A program made the position numbers and the translations under genes. 35,267 nt of DNA from Candidatus Azambacteria bacterium RIFCSPLOWO2_01_FULL_44_84 (GTDB taxonomy: Bacteria > Patescibacteriota > Minisyncoccia > UBA10092): contig MEYR01000030.1 of the NCBI GenBank assembly GCA_001774075.1, forward strand, positions 1-35,267, written 5' to 3'. A model generated the notes under the pieces. The model was not told where the DNA came from. It did not search any database and saw only the letters and a list, made by a program, of their open reading frames with translations. Shown piece by piece: positions 34,797 to 35,267 of the stretch. Each line of letters begins with the position of its first letter. Within the stretch, counting starts at the first letter, position 1.

Positions 34797-35267
34797 TTAA
34801 TTTTCTACTTCCCCGGCGGCATTTCTATATTTGCAAAAATCGCAGTCATCTCCGGAATCCGGAATATTCTCGCCGTTCAGGCATTCATGGAGATCTTTAA
34901 TAACTCCGGGAATCCAGGAATCGTCGCCTTTGTAAGGAATAACTTTAATGTCAAACTCCAATTTTGCGTCAAACGCCGCTTTGTCGGTGCTGCCGTTGCA
35001 ATAAACAAAATAGCCGGTGGACGAAACCTTGTAATCATTCTGCCTGAAGAGCCACTGGTAAATTTCCATCTGGCGCTTGTAGCCGATTTGCCATTCGGCG
35101 TCCAGACTAACCTCTCCGTCTTTGGAAGTGCTTTTATAATCAACGACGATAAATTCGCCTTTCTGGTTCACCCAGACATCGTCCACGCCTCCGGTAATTA
35201 TTAAATTAGTTTTTTTATCAAAGTAAGTAATGCCCGCGCCTATGGAATCGCGCCAGGCGTCAATTTG
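34797..35267 (-). CDS. PD-(D/E)XK nuclease family protein (Cas4/AddB-like), 3' part
   Basis: The frame is open to the window end. GGVDDVW...VVDYKST, QMEIYQWL and C-terminal CDFCKY motifs. Confidence 0.85.
   Translation of the reverse strand, partial: QIDAWRDSIGAGITYFDKKTNLIITGGVDDVWVNQKGEFIVVDYKSTSKDGEVSLDAEWQIGYKRQMEIYQWLFRQNDYKVSSTGYFVYCNGSTDKAAFDAKLEFDIKVIPYKGDDSWIPGVIKDLHECLNGENIPDSGDDCDFCKYRNAAGEVEN

Noticed and set aside
34797-35267. PD-(D/E)XK protein as Cas4 or as the recombinase for the SecA-tail array
   Set aside because: Stand-alone nucleases of this type are common, the gene is partial, and nothing links it to the sites.

Overview
Chromosomal window from a Patescibacteria (CPR; Parcubacteria-like) bacterium. 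The lineage is inferred from gene content and style, and TGA is used as a stop codon. Most genes are on the minus strand. In order: the 5' end of rseP, frr, holB, mreB, murA, a small unlisted zinc-finger ORF, a PEGA protein, the alpha-operon block (infA-rpmJ-rpsM-rpsK-rpsD-rpoA-rplQ-rplM-rpsI), a baseplate-J-like membrane protein, a short alaS, mnmA, an M50 protease, DUF167, a class II ribonucleotide reductase, efp, dedA, a DUF87/TraD-like ATPase with its partner, a sigma4/HARE-HTH protein, secF, secD and mpg. An accessory region follows (DUF5674 pair, beta-propeller, cyclophilin, M16 peptidase, PD-(D/E)XK nuclease). Two unexplained layers stand out. (1) At 29.9-31.2 kb, four same-strand sites share the core TGTCATGG and all read [R/K]-C-H-G-X-STOP, the extreme C-terminus of SecA. 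One is an orphan full SEC-C motif. They delimit small accessory gene units, suggesting a cassette array that accretes at the secA 3' end. (2) Several families of short two-armed, 7-bp-periodic or REP/MITE-like repeats fill many intergenic spacers and also sit in frame inside alaS, mnmA (twice), mpg, secF and other genes. I saw no rRNA, tRNA, CRISPR array, integrase or transposase.
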